Assembly (NCBI GenBank): GCA_009859145.1
Contig: VRVR01000050.1
Location: 124,001-188,000, forward strand
Direction of reading: 5' to 3'
DNA from: Andalucia godoyi And28
Taxonomy: Eukaryota > Protista > Jakobida
DNA: 64,000 bases
How positions within the stretch are numbered: position 1 is the first letter of the stretch; the number at the start of each line of letters is the position of its first letter. A model generated the notes under the pieces. That model ran no database searches and was not told the DNA's origin. It saw nothing but the letters and a program-made list of their open reading frames with translations. The position numbers and the translations under genes were made by a program. This document shows, piece by piece, positions 23,101 through 33,624 of this stretch.

Positions 23101-23959
23101 CAAGTTCCTTAGCAAGCGCAAGGCAGCCTCGTGAAGCAACTCTGTTATCATCCAGTAAAACTATTTTCCATTTCAAATTCTGCACCGGGACAGTCATCGC
23201 GACAGATGCAATCTTTTCCACTCCCCAGACTCCAATTCCACAACCACGCAAATCGAGCGTAGAAAACCGAGCGAACTGCATGGCGAGATGCTCAACACCA
23301 TCATTTCCAATCGGATTAAAGGCCACGGAAAATTCTTCGAGAAGTGGAAGATGGGGCAGCGACTTGGCAAGTGCAGCGCAGCCTTGTGATGAAATCGAAT
23401 TTCTGGACAAGTCGATCTTTGTCAAGGAAGAATGAGGGTTTCGCCGAAGAAATGAAGCAAGCGCTTCCGTCTCCTCGCTATCAATCCAGCAGCCGATCAG
23501 TGACAATCGTCTCAAAGTCTTGTTTTTCAACAGAAATTCACCAAACACCGTAGTGTCCGCAATGACATTGTCTTCCAGAATAAATTCCTCAAGAACTCCA
23601 TTGGATGCTAGAGAGCGTGCGATGGATCCGCATCCAACAGGAGACAACTGGTTGGACTTCAACCAAATTCGTCGTAGTGGGCACTGAGACATGCCGACAG
23701 CACTGGCCAGAGACGCAGCGGCGTCATCGCCAATAGAAACATCTGTAATTTTCAAAACCTGAACGCTTGAATATGATAGAACAGAAAGGAAGGCAACCAA
23801 CTCTTGTTCACTCATGTCACCAGGAATGGCAAACTTGTTTCCACGACTTCCAAGGAGTCGAAGCACATCTCGGCGAGGAGCAAGCAACACTCGTGAGCAT
23901 GCTCTGTTGTATTCCTGCACTGCAGGCACATCTGAAACTGGAATTGGACTAGAATCCAT
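20120..23959 (-). CDS. RNI-like leucine-rich-repeat protein with C-terminal coiled coil
   Basis: Repeated LxxLxLxxNxIxxxGxxxLA units (e.g. LTKIDLSRNSISSQGCAALA), followed by about 450 aa of coiled coil. First ATG in the ORF is at 23959. Confidence 0.9.
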   Translation of the reverse strand: MDSSPIPVSDVPAVQEYNRACSRVLLAPRRDVLRLLGSRGNKFAIPGDMSEQELVAFLSVLSYSSVQVLKITDVSIGDDAAASLASAVGMSQCPLRRIWLKSNQLSPVGCGSIARSLASNGVLEEFILEDNVIADTTVFGEFLLKNKTLRRLSLIGCWIDSEETEALASFLRRNPHSSLTKIDLSRNSISSQGCAALAKSLPHLPLLEEFSVAFNPIGNDGVEHLAMQFARFSTLDLRGCGIGVWGVEKIASVAMTVPVQNLKWKIVLLDDNRVASRGCLALAKELGRISGLEELSLVNTKIGEKGAIALSRASANHPNLRRIVLSNNLVADNGALGLCFAASGNPRLEFIGLDLNFISEEGEAKIIQELQKTGSVQRVDVTRQQVRETAADGSQFVLSIPQEESMWSYMDDDTLAIRALTDAYRAKCVELDVEPEQVLVKYMENVASAEPDRISTCLSFRGMKLTEVSLQLVAEIVENVRCLLSLDLDSCGMSAESARSLAESLKASPSSQLCSLHVGSNQLGVDGSVAILEAVARSTTLREIDISSCGLTDRAILVLSETLVSNHSSVLATVNISGNPRLTAAAMVHLCLLLEKCQAPLSKLTIDDCGLVDSNVVRLLESFDVRHQMGLSAIMSLSVCANNLGEVFGSKLVSMLRNNKAACPRRIFLDGNSLGDAVCIDIAEAAARSNGLDYLSLRNCSLSSSCKSSILSLLPQVCAVENVETSKVENTSSVASVPSASTTPIPSSGLPALYKDVGPTELAVDLASNALPSDITASEIRSVLEQIRVLEKKKETLLAQFRTQRDYERELQLKSQVSSEISSIPTRTVPPLQPVSPEERIRESNATKSFLQRIDTLNKDTVSAIGSVERLRLEKGEIDSRIQRSLHEMEDVEKALRDLLSVGKGKIDDDKAEVLDARKVALEETVYTASLHKAELVGGLIQKLKAVSFRLEEIFQNERARQLHLAELLGIPVDQVSENHDLSNGFTDIYSDTANQLQRVLDLHDSTEEARVKLMEVIRLWNAGRDDLVKKRESWKEAERLEERLFADVMQMRQTVREAFADEVVTMHQLGVPLTISTDVIRANLPRAHERYSFLAPFADEFMQLSDAIRSTHAEQERINVERQSWEETAQRRSAAVSRIEEFSALRREVDRNREKIRDIDQKLSSMESLWRSAQEDMQDALATGDLVEYRAAQSTSSRLQQERETMLQSRTNLLSILSSQETESHSVLDDVESINGAEYQELLLLVHMEREKRIRKKLGNATLAIGAFRRNAAQSPST

Positions 23960-24710
23960 AGATTTTTTTTTTGTTGAAGCAACAGGAGCCAAAGCTGAAT
24001 TAAAGAATACAATCCATAAATGTATATATATAAACAAACAAAAAATGAAAAACGGAAGAGGGTGGAAAAATCGAGAAGATAAAAAGAACTGACGAGCCAT
24101 TTCCCAATTCCCGTTGATCCGGTTGCTGGTGTTTCCTTACCTCACCAGAAACGGCCAGCGACCGTTTTGACTACAGTTGGAAGACCAGCGCTTGCTGTGA
24201 AAGCATAGCCGGAGGCAAGGCTTTTTCAAGGTGGACGAGTTCGCTGAGCGGGTGTGGACCCCCCGAGACCCGATCGTCACGGACGGAGCCCTCAACTCTT
24301 GCACACAAGAAGCGTTCTTCAAATGAGCATCATGCGAGCCATTCCAATCATGCTCACCGCATGAGCCGCGATTTCGACCTAGGAAAGGACCACGACCTTT
24401 TGTTTTGCCATTTTTGCGCTTCGCTGTACGTGCAGACATGCGACTCTTTTGTAATGAACCCGTTCTCGGGCACTCTGAACAGATCGTTGAAAAGTAACGA
24501 CGCTCTTTTTTTGAACCAGATACTGTCGCAACAGTAACTGGACTGTCGACGCCGATTTCAATTAATGCGCATCTGCACTCTCCTTTATGACTGGCACAGT
24601 TATTACATCATTTGTGGGGTGCTGCGACTCTGCTCATTTTCGAATGGAAACACGTGTCCGTGCTTGCACCTTCAGCATCGACCCCGCAGCTTCCAGAAAC
24701 AAAAACAACA

Positions 24711-24750
24711 ACGAAAAACAACGAAAAACAACGAAAAACAACGAAAAACA
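24711..24750. repeat. 10-mer tandem repeat (ACGAAAAACA)x4
   Basis: Directly visible in the intergenic region. Confidence 0.9.
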
Positions 24751-24841
24751 ACACAAGTAAAGCCAGGAATAGAAAAATAGCCATACTATAATTAAAAAAC
24801 CACGAAAGGAGCATGTGCTAAAATACCGTAAAGAGTCAGGC

Positions 24842-26170
24842 CTACGGGGAATACGGACAAAGCTGCAAGCATCTGTATGTATTCGACAATTCGCAACAAA
24901 TACCGCTGTCGGGACAGGAGTTCGCATTTGTGACACCGCATGGAGGAAACGTCGGGGCATCTCGAACAACGGGGGAGCGCAGAGAAACCTCTCCGGCGTC
25001 ATTGTATGCATACGATACGAGCATAATTTCATTACTGGACTGCGAACCAGAGCCCACTAATGCCCATCCGTATGACGACGCATCTGCGTTGACAGCCACT
25101 TCTGGAAGTCGGTACCCAGAAACACTTAAAGTTGGTCCTTCACTGACGACATTTGGATGGCTTTCCGACAGAACGATCTGTCGGAATGTGAATTGATATC
25201 CTGCACCGCTCATTATCAAGAAGCGCTCAGCTTGGTAAGGATCGACGACATACGTCTGTGCAAAAACCTCACCGCGTGACGCGTCCAATTTCACCTCGAC
25301 GCTGTCCATGGACTTTGAGGAAATGTCCCAGTTAAAAATGTCTGCAGTATCCGAGTCTGGGTACGCTTGGGTCCACAGAATTTCTGAGCTTAGTGCATCT
25401 ACACCCGAGTAGAAGAATGTCTGGGGAGTAGTCTGCAGGTACGTAACAACTGGCTTTGACGTGACGATGGTCCCATCGGAACCATACCTGAAAGCCACCG
25501 TCTGCGCAGGCAAGTGCATGCTCATGCCACCACGCGCAAGATACAAAACAGGAGAGTCCGAGTAATGAGTAAAACCGGCTCCAGCCAGGAGCGGAACGGA
25601 ATATGTTGATGGGGCGTATGTGTCAATTGCAACAATCTGAACGACCTTCCAAGAGTCTGCTGCAACGGAAATAATAAACTTTGACGAAAAAAAGAAGATA
25701 AACTCCGGATCGTCTTCATTCCCGGTAAAGTCCGAGAACGTAAACCTTTCCGTCGACGGTACTCCAGAGAGAGACAGTTGAGAAACAACCTTCCACTTTC
25801 CTGACGCGTCGAACGTAACCTTTTGAACTACGTTACCATTGGACAGCGGAATAATCGCAAGAACAGGTCTTTGGGTTTCTGGGTCTGCTCCAAGAGACAC
25901 TACCGCCTTTGCTGAAAATGCAGAGGGAACGCCGCCGGACTCCACAAATCTTAAGGAACACGGGTCTTCTTCGGATTCCACAATGTAATAGGATTGTTCC
26001 GAAAAAAACATATACTGGTCTCCCGTGAAAGGGAACGCAGCAACCCACTCCGACAGATCAGAACCCGGAACCGCGAGACTCGCACAAATGGATATCTTTT
26101 CTGCGTAGCTAACGGAAAAGCTGATCGACAATGCGCAAATCACGGCAACCACAGGAAAGAAGCAACGCAT
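24842..26170 (-). CDS. Secreted beta-rich protein with Cys-rich C-terminal tail
   Basis: Signal-peptide-like MRCFFPVVAVICALSISFSVSYA; 442 aa; the tail PCGVTNANSCPDSGICCELSNTYRCLQLCP has 6 Cys. Confidence 0.75.
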   Translation of the reverse strand: MRCFFPVVAVICALSISFSVSYAEKISICASLAVPGSDLSEWVAAFPFTGDQYMFFSEQSYYIVESEEDPCSLRFVESGGVPSAFSAKAVVSLGADPETQRPVLAIIPLSNGNVVQKVTFDASGKWKVVSQLSLSGVPSTERFTFSDFTGNEDDPEFIFFFSSKFIISVAADSWKVVQIVAIDTYAPSTYSVPLLAGAGFTHYSDSPVLYLARGGMSMHLPAQTVAFRYGSDGTIVTSKPVVTYLQTTPQTFFYSGVDALSSEILWTQAYPDSDTADIFNWDISSKSMDSVEVKLDASRGEVFAQTYVVDPYQAERFLIMSGAGYQFTFRQIVLSESHPNVVSEGPTLSVSGYRLPEVAVNADASSYGWALVGSGSQSSNEIMLVSYAYNDAGEVSLRSPVVRDAPTFPPCGVTNANSCPDSGICCELSNTYRCLQLCPYSP

Positions 26171-26351
26171 GATAACCTGTTCTGTTGAGAGACAGACAAT
26201 GCGGCCAACGATTCTGTGTTAAAAAAGCCGAAGAAATACAAACACACTCACACACTTACACGCGTACACACACACACACAGAGGGAGACAGAGAGAGAGT
26301 GAGAGAGAGAATTGTACTTCGCATTTTGCACAGTTCCATTTTTTGAACCCG

Positions 26352-26855
26352 GCAGACCGATGAAATAATAACAAGTCATTGTCAAGCATTCGGAAGAATA
26401 CATAAACAGACACGGTCAATGCTGGCCTACACTAGCACGTTTGTTTCACAGGGGAACTCGTGCTTACGCACGCTCGGCCAAAATTCGGCCGGTGACACAG
26501 GCTCTGCATTTTCGACACTCTTTAACGCAGCATCCGTAGCCATCTGTTCTATCATTCGTTGGTTCCGCTTTATTAATTCAAATATGGGCGTGAGCGCGCT
26601 GGGACGACGCATTCGCCTACGCCTACGCCGCTCGATACAGGGCCGTCAGAATCAAAATGCACCCTTCTCAGGAACAACGTGTCACGCCGAGAAAGTGGCT
26701 CACAGATTGATCGAGATTGGGAACGGAGCGCGGAGCATCTATCTGAAGAACGCCGTGTGGCGTGTTGGGCGCCTATCCCCTTCCCGGCAACGGGATGCAA
26801 GATTGAACATGCATGTCTATTCGTAGTTATGCATGTTCTGTGTATACTGTAGGCG
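26352..26855 (+). mobile_element. Non-autonomous Fanzor2/IS607-TnpB-derived element, copy A
   Basis: Near-identical to 40144-40649 and homologous to 58327-58774. HTH relic VRIKMHPSQEQRVTPRKWL is joined to a frameshifted RuvC-III IDRDW-NGARSIYLKN, followed by a structured 3' end terminating in TGTAGGCG. Confidence 0.85.
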
Positions 26856-27696
26856 TCTTGCAGATGCCAAAAACGTGCAATTCCCGACAGCTGTCAGCTT
26901 TGTGCATCACCAGCATTGACTATCAAACAATACGATGTTCCTACCGTAGTCAAAGTCCAGAATTTCTCCAATCGAACCCTTAAGCACCCTTTATTAAAGA
27001 CAAAGATGAAACATCTCATGGCTCCAAGGAGGGATCTTCCCAACAAGTTCATGCTGGTCATCCCCGAAGATACCGAGAACCAAGAAACCCGTTGATCTCC
27101 TGTCGTCGTAACTTGCTGAGCAAGCGGATGATCATCAAATCACGGAGATGTGATCGACTGCGTTCGGAATGCGCTCTCAAGTCAGAGAACAAGAAGGAGC
27201 AAAGGCAAAAGCGTTGTCAGGCGCAATGTGCAACACCGCCGACCACATTCTGTTTCCTCCACCGTTCACTTGTGAACGTTGAATCGATTGGGAAGTATGC
27301 TGGTTGCGGTGGCCCTTTGATGTTAAGCAATCTTCATTGGAGAGTTGGTGCTTGCCTTAAATAAAATAGCAAAAAAAACAAAAACAAACACGTGGCTTGG
27401 ATCTGTCGTCAGTGACAGCTCAGCCCCGATGACCAATGATAATTCACGTTTTTTGGCGAGCGGACTGTCCATCCGCCGTCTTTGCACGATTATCGTTGGA
27501 CGATAGCACAGAGATTCCTCAGGGGTGCAGCGGGTCTGCTCACTCACGCCGTGTTTTTGGAAGTTGAACCCCGCCCCGCTTATACCAGCTATTTTCTCCT
27601 GCATCTTTCCGTCTCTTTTTCTGTTGTTTTCCTTTTGTACTACGTAAATTGTAGAGCGTCGTTTGGAGTCTGGAGACTTGGGCCTTAAGAATTTCA

Positions 27697-29229
27697 ATGT
27701 TTTCTCGCTTATTTGTTTCGTTTTCTGCCCGCCTGTTTTCGACTGCTGCCTCCAAGCCAACCTCGAAAGTTATTGGATCTGCAGCGGAGGCAATCAGCGA
27801 TTTGAACTCGTCGTCCACCCTTCTGGTTGGCGGTTTCGGACTTTCTGGCATTCCGGAGACGCTTATTGAAGCGGTTCTTGCGTCGAATGTGAAGGATCTC
27901 ACGGTCGTCTCAAATAATTGCGGTGTTGACGATTATGGCCTTGGAAAGCTCTTGCTAAAACGCAAGATTCGCCGAATGGTTTCGTCGTACGTTGGAGAAA
28001 ACGCTGAATTCGAACGCCAGTATCTTTCTGGAGAGCTCGAGGTGGAACTCACTCCGCAGGGTACGTTAGCAGAGAAGCTGCGAGCTGGTGGAGCAGGCAT
28101 TCCGGCTTTTTACACTCGCACATCGTATGGAACTCCCATCCACGAGGGAGGGTTCCCCATCAAGTTCAATCCCGATGGCTCCGTTGCAATTCGATCTGCT
28201 CCCCGTGAGACTCGTGTCTTTGACGGACGCGCGTACCTAATGGAGAACTCCATCCGTGGAGACTTTGCGTTTGTCAAGGCACACATTGCAGATGAGATTG
28301 GTAACTGTATTTTCCGAGGCACTGCGAATAACTTCAATCCTCTTTGTGCGAAAGCTGCAAAGATTGCAATTGTTGAGGCGGAACACATCGTTCCAGTGGG
28401 ATCTCTTGATCCTCACAAAATCCATCTGCCTTCAGTGTATGTGCAGCGTGTCATCCAAGCTGAAATCAATGTGAAGCGAATCGAAAAGCGGACAGTCAGC
28501 GGGTCTTCTGAAGAACGGAAGTCAAATGCGAGTTCCGGAAAACTTTCCAAGAAAGACATGATCGTTCGCCGTGCAGCTCTGGAGCTGAAGGATGGAATGT
28601 ACGTGAACTTGGGAATTGGTATCCCTACGTTGGCCTCCAACTATTTACCGCAGAATGTGCACATCATGCTTCAATCAGAAAATGGTTTGCTCGGAATCGG
28701 CCCTTATCCGGAATCCTCCGCTGCAGATGCTGATTTTATCAATGCCGGCAAAGAGACAATCACAACAGTCCCCGGGGCAGCCCTTTTTGACTCCGCTGAA
28801 TCATTTGCCATGATTCGCGGTCAGCATATGGACCTCACAATCCTCGGCGCCTTGCAGGTCGCAGGAAATGGAGACCTCGCCAACTGGGTTATTCCAGGAA
28901 AAATGGTCAAGGGAATGGGAGGCGCAATGGATCTTGTCGGTTCAGGATCCCGCGTAGTTGTCACGATGGAACATACAGCCAAAGACGGGTCCTCGAAAAT
29001 TCTGAAGCAATGCTCGCTTCCGCTGACGGGCCGAGCGTGCGTTGACAGAATTGTCACAGAAATGGCAGTCTTCGACGTGGTTAACAAGGAATCGGGACAG
29101 GGTTCATTGCGATTAGTTGAGATAGCCAAAGGTGTTTCTGTTGATGCAGTGCGGGCTGCTACCGAAGCGTCTTTCGACTTGCCTGTTGGCGGACCGACGG
29201 AGATTCAATATGCTCCCGAACGATCATAA
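27697..29229 (+). CDS. OXCT1: Succinyl-CoA:3-ketoacid CoA transferase, mitochondrial (SCOT)
   Basis: Presequence [15 protein letters not shown]; [29 protein letters not shown], active-site [14 protein letters not shown]. Confidence 0.95.
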   Translation: MFSRLFVSFSARLFSTAASKPTSKVIGSAAEAISDLNSSSTLLVGGFGLSGIPETLIEAVLASNVKDLTVVSNNCGVDDYGLGKLLLKRKIRRMVSSYVGENAEFERQYLSGELEVELTPQGTLAEKLRAGGAGIPAFYTRTSYGTPIHEGGFPIKFNPDGSVAIRSAPRETRVFDGRAYLMENSIRGDFAFVKAHIADEIGNCIFRGTANNFNPLCAKAAKIAIVEAEHIVPVGSLDPHKIHLPSVYVQRVIQAEINVKRIEKRTVSGSSEERKSNASSGKLSKKDMIVRRAALELKDGMYVNLGIGIPTLASNYLPQNVHIMLQSENGLLGIGPYPESSAADADFINAGKETITTVPGAALFDSAESFAMIRGQHMDLTILGALQVAGNGDLANWVIPGKMVKGMGGAMDLVGSGSRVVVTMEHTAKDGSSKILKQCSLPLTGRACVDRIVTEMAVFDVVNKESGQGSLRLVEIAKGVSVDAVRAATEASFDLPVGGPTEIQYAPERS

Positions 29230-29330
29230 AATTTGCATATCAACAACAAAAACAAAACTACTGCGAGCACCGTTCTTGGAACAGCAGTGTCCGTTCAGAC
29301 CATGTGTTGTCGATTCGAAATACAACCTTG

Positions 29331-30793
29331 TCATCTTGCTTGTGATTTCAGAAGGAGCTCCAGAATCGCATCCATTTTTGCGTTTTGACTTTCGACAGCT
29401 GTTTCAAGGTGCATCATTCTGCTTTCGAGATTTCTGATCGTGGACCTCAGCTGCTCATCGCCCCGAGGCATCTCTTCGACAAAGGACTTCATCTTGTCAC
29501 CAGACGGTGCTATCAGGGCTTCGAGAGTCACGAGACTGAGTACCATGACGCAGAATGGGCATGTCTTGCCTTGCTTCGTAACGGAAAACACTGCAGAAGT
29601 TTCGGATGGCTTAAAGCCGCAGAGAACAAGACAGTTGCCCACGCAACATATTCCGCGAAGCTGCAAGCCATGATGCTATTAATAAATGAAACGTAAGACA
29701 GTCAGAATTCTGCGGACGCAAGAGAATGCAAACAAACAAACAAACAAACAAAAACAAACAACAAACAAACAAGACGAAAGAAAAAACCCCATACAATCAC
29801 AGAAACAACGTTGTGGAAGCGATCCATGACACTCAGCGTTCTGGAAGCGCACGAAGATATGAAAATAAAATCAGCAGAAACGCGCGACAAACACATCATG
29901 GACGGAAATGGAATATCCAAAGAAATGCGCTCATCTTGCAACTTGTCGCCGTCATGAAAGACGCAGCAAACAAGCCCGCCAGCAGCAGAAGACGAAGACA
30001 ATGGCGGACTCGAGGATCCAGAAGTCCCAGCATTTCCAACAGAGCACAGAGCATCCAAGGGACTTTCAGCCAACAAAGATGCAGATTCCTGCATTGCAGA
30101 CGCAAAAGACTGGGAACCTGCCTCGTAAAGGATGAGAAACTCGTTGTCGGACTTCGCGACAGCTTCGCGAACCTCACCCACACCAGTCAACACAAGTAGT
30201 TCATGCTTCCGCAGAGCATTCTCCTGAGAATCCACAAAACACAGAGAGTGGTCTTCAATCACTATCCTTTGATTTTGAAGAATGCTGAAGGAAATGCGAC
30301 TTTGGTTGGTCTCTGATGATCCGACCTCTTGCAGCACCAGCAATTCACATTCGCTCCGAAGAATGAACCTCTGCAAGCCACATCCCACCACTACATCCCC
30401 CGAATGATTGTCAACAGTAGTGATTGGCATTTCCAGTTGCAAAAGGAACGTTTCACGAATCAAGGCTCCCTCATCAACCATGAACTGTCGCACCGTATTG
30501 CCAGCACAAACTACGAACCTGCGGTCTGCAACCCAGCAGGTGAGAACAATTTTTTGCGCAGAAGACACTGCGACGGATCCCACAGTCTGACTGGTGCGTA
30601 CGTCTATGAGGATCACACCGTACTGCGGAAGTGCGATCAAAACAAATGGATTCTGCGCATGCAGAACGGGGTGTAAAACATTACGCCGTTTCGTGAACGG
30701 CACGCTGATGACGTGAAACGGTACTTCCATTTCTATCGGCGACTCTGGACTGGGGTCCAACGATCTCGCATCAATTGCCGCGGCCTTTGTCAT
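29331..30793 (-). CDS. Beta-propeller-like protein with C-terminal coiled coil; 2 exons (30793-29795, 29675-29331)
   Basis: Phase-0 intron GTATGG(29794)...TAATAG(29676) joins ...VVSVI to HHGLQLRGICCVGNCLVLCG; the C-terminus QLRSTIRNLESRMMHLE is helical. Confidence 0.65.
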
Positions 30794-31045
30794 TCAAACA
30801 GAGAGCACCGGAACGTGTGGCTGCATAAGATCCCAAAGCACGACAAAACCTTGACATGAAAAAATAATAATAAATAATATCAATAATGCGCGGGGCACCA
30901 CCGAAGTACAAAGAAACGAAAAACTTTGGAAGTAGAGGTTTTACAGCAAACGTCATCTGCGGGAGTGCTGTTTGCGTGCCGGTAACGCAAACAGCTGCGG
31001 AGGCTGGGGCCCTGAGAATACACATCTGCTGATTTTGGACGTGAA

Positions 31046-31939
31046 TTATAAAGCCAGATTTGCGGCCTTCTCAGCAAGAAACCGTGCCCCCCAAAGTCCC
31101 GCATTGTCCCCGTGAAAAGGAGCAGAGATATACGTTTTCATGGCATCTTCGGAAGCGAGTGCAGGATGTTGCACATACCCATTCAGAAGACGAAATGTTT
31201 CCTTTCGGATCTTATCAAACAAGATTCTTCTCTTCAGCACACCACCGCCAAGCACAATCTTTTGTGGAGATAGGAACAGAGTCATGCTGACGCATGCCTG
31301 CGCCAAATAATGCGCGACAGCGTCCCACACTGCATGATCGTCTGCAAGTCGATCAAGATCGCCGATTTGAAGACCAAGTCTCTTTGCAATGGACGGAGCG
31401 GATGCCATTCCTTCAAAGCAGCCTTTGTGGAAAGGACAAACTCCAAGATACCCTGATTTGACGTCCAAATCATGCAGCGGCATGTACACGTGTCCGCCTT
31501 CGGGATGGACGAGTCCGTGAACGGGCACACCGCCAAGACAAACCCCAACCCCAATACCAGTACCCACCGTCACGTAGCAGCAAGAGGAGACCCCAAATGC
31601 TGCAGCTTCCGACAATGCAGGGGCATTGACGTCCGTGTCGTACATCAATGGAACATCGGGAAATGCACTGCGGATGGAATCGACGATAGGAAAGTTCGCC
31701 CATTTCGGCTTGGGAGTCGTTGTGATTGTCCCCGTCGAAAGATCCAGAGGTCCAAAGCACGCTACTCCGATCCCGTCCAAGGGAACGTGCCGCTGCAGAA
31801 CAGCAACAACGTGCGACACCGTGTCCACTGGGTCCTGTGTCGGGATGACCACAGATTCCACAAACTCTTCCGATGCAGAGCGGAAAACCGACACTCGAAA
31901 CGTCGTCCCTCCTCCTTCAACAGCAGCAAGCAACCCCAT
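31046..31939 (-). CDS. ROK-family sugar kinase (fructokinase, ScrK/GmuE-like)
   Basis: VEGGGTTF phosphate-1 motif, DTDVNAPA, VTVGTGIGVG, Zn motif EGGH...CPFHKGCFEG, IVLGGGV. Confidence 0.9.
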   Translation of the reverse strand: MGLLAAVEGGGTTFRVSVFRSASEEFVESVVIPTQDPVDTVSHVVAVLQRHVPLDGIGVACFGPLDLSTGTITTTPKPKWANFPIVDSIRSAFPDVPLMYDTDVNAPALSEAAAFGVSSCCYVTVGTGIGVGVCLGGVPVHGLVHPEGGHVYMPLHDLDVKSGYLGVCPFHKGCFEGMASAPSIAKRLGLQIGDLDRLADDHAVWDAVAHYLAQACVSMTLFLSPQKIVLGGGVLKRRILFDKIRKETFRLLNGYVQHPALASEDAMKTYISAPFHGDNAGLWGARFLAEKAANLAL

Positions 31940-32297
31940 ATTCCCTCCTTGCGCGTTTGCAGTCGTGTGTTTTCAAACTCCGATGCACCAGCAGCACCTC
32001 CTCCAGGCTCCTTGGCACGACTCTGCAGCACCAGCAGCACCTGTGCAGTGAGCAGTGAGCAGTAAGCAGCAAGCATGCAGCAAAAAATGTTTTGTGCGGG
32101 CAAAAAGCACACATCAATCAAGTGCTTGAGTTTTGGCTGTGAGTATCGTACGGCGTATCCAGGTGGACGCAGAAGAAAAGAACGCGGACCGCAACGGCGA
32201 TGACGCACAAAATGTTTCAGCTCTTCGCAGGGTTATGGTCTCCCTCTTTTTTGCACGGATAATCTAGACAAGCAACCTTTCGTATTTGCAAGGTGTG

Positions 32298-33401
32298 ATG
32301 CCGTCTCTTCCGGCCAAGTATCGGTTCACAGCAGGGATATGCTGCTTGCTGATGACGGTTGTGATTTGGGTGACGTCGTCGAATGTTATTCAGTATGTTT
32401 TTGAGGATCTGTCATATGACGCACCGTTTTTCGTAACGTATTTGTCGACGACGATGTTTTCTCTTTATCTGACAGGGTTTGTCTCGAGAGGATGGCGCGA
32501 CTCGGGCGATCGAATCATCCCACCTTCCGAGGATGGATCAAAACGAACAATTCGAGAGTACTCTCCAAAGAGAGTCTTTCTGATCGCGATCAAGTTCTGC
32601 CCACTGTGGGTTGGAGGCAACTGGTCGTTCAACAGCTCGCTTGCGCTGACCTCGGTGTCGTCCAACACAATTATTTCTTCAACGTCGGGATTGTTCACGT
32701 TCATTCTGGGTATCGTGATCCTCAAAGAAAAGTTTTCTTGGAGAAAACTTGCTGCCGTCGGTATTTCCTTCGCAGGAGTGTGCTTTATTGCTCTGGCAGA
32801 TGAAGAGTCGCGCGGAGGAGAATCGATTCTCGGAGACATGCTGGCATTCTGTGGTGCCTTTTGCTATGGCTTGTACACGACTGTTCTTCGACGAGAAATC
32901 CCTGATGAACGAGCAGTGCGGATGCCAATGTTTCTGGGGTTTCTAGGCCTCTTCAACGCCTGTGTCCTGTGGCCTCTGTTTCCCATTCTCAGTGCAACTG
33001 GCGTGGAGCCCTGGGATTGGCCGTCCAATGAGGTTTGGATGTTTCTTGTACTGAATGCGGTCATCGGAACAATGGTGTCGGAGCTCTGCTGGACACTGGC
33101 TGTTCTCCTTACTTCTCCGTTGATTGCCACGGTCGGCCTTTCTCTGTCGATTCCGCTTGCTCTGCTCTCCGATATCCTGATTCGGCACATTGAATTTTCG
33201 TGGATGTACTTCGTCGGTTCTGCATGCGTAATTTGCGGCTTCGTGCTTGTGAACTGGAGCAAAAAGACTCTTCCGCAGACGATCTCAAATGATGCATCCA
33301 ATAGCGATGCAGAAACAGCACCGCTCGCGGCCACTGCCTCCGCCTCCCTCACCGACACCGAAGAAAGCTCTGCTTCTGGCAGTTCGTCTACGCTGCTGTA
33401 A
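32298..33401 (+). CDS. DMT/EamA-family transporter, SLC35F5/THI74-like
   Basis: About 10 TM segments; VIWVTSS, PFFVTY, TSVSSNTIISSTSGLFT, GLSLSIPLA motifs. Confidence 0.88.
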   Translation: MPSLPAKYRFTAGICCLLMTVVIWVTSSNVIQYVFEDLSYDAPFFVTYLSTTMFSLYLTGFVSRGWRDSGDRIIPPSEDGSKRTIREYSPKRVFLIAIKFCPLWVGGNWSFNSSLALTSVSSNTIISSTSGLFTFILGIVILKEKFSWRKLAAVGISFAGVCFIALADEESRGGESILGDMLAFCGAFCYGLYTTVLRREIPDERAVRMPMFLGFLGLFNACVLWPLFPILSATGVEPWDWPSNEVWMFLVLNAVIGTMVSELCWTLAVLLTSPLIATVGLSLSIPLALLSDILIRHIEFSWMYFVGSACVICGFVLVNWSKKTLPQTISNDASNSDAETAPLAATASASLTDTEESSASGSSSTLL

Positions 33402-33624
33402 ATACCGCAATTGCCCGCTTGTCCCCAGGGCAAAAAGAAATGGTGATGGTTGATGCTTTGATGCTTTGATGCTTCCATTCTTGCGACTGCGTCGTCCTTC
33501 TTTTTGTTTTGTTGCTGCGTCTATACTACTAATTTTAATTTTTAGTCTTGTTTTTAAAAAAAGAAAAAGAAAAAAGAATCAGCTTTTAGCATCTATGGTT
33601 GGAGCAGCGCTCAGACGACCGAGA

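Noticed and set aside
23996-24439. Upstream exon with GTAAGG donor that might extend the LRR protein
   Set aside because: Splicing 24140 to 23996 does not give an open frame into the LRR ORF; at most a 5' UTR intron.
26419-26826. 135-aa ORF MLAYTSTF... (also inside 40058-40843)
   Set aside because: It lies within the repeated element and passes through non-coding end sequence before entering the RuvC-III frame; best explained as element relic, not a host gene.
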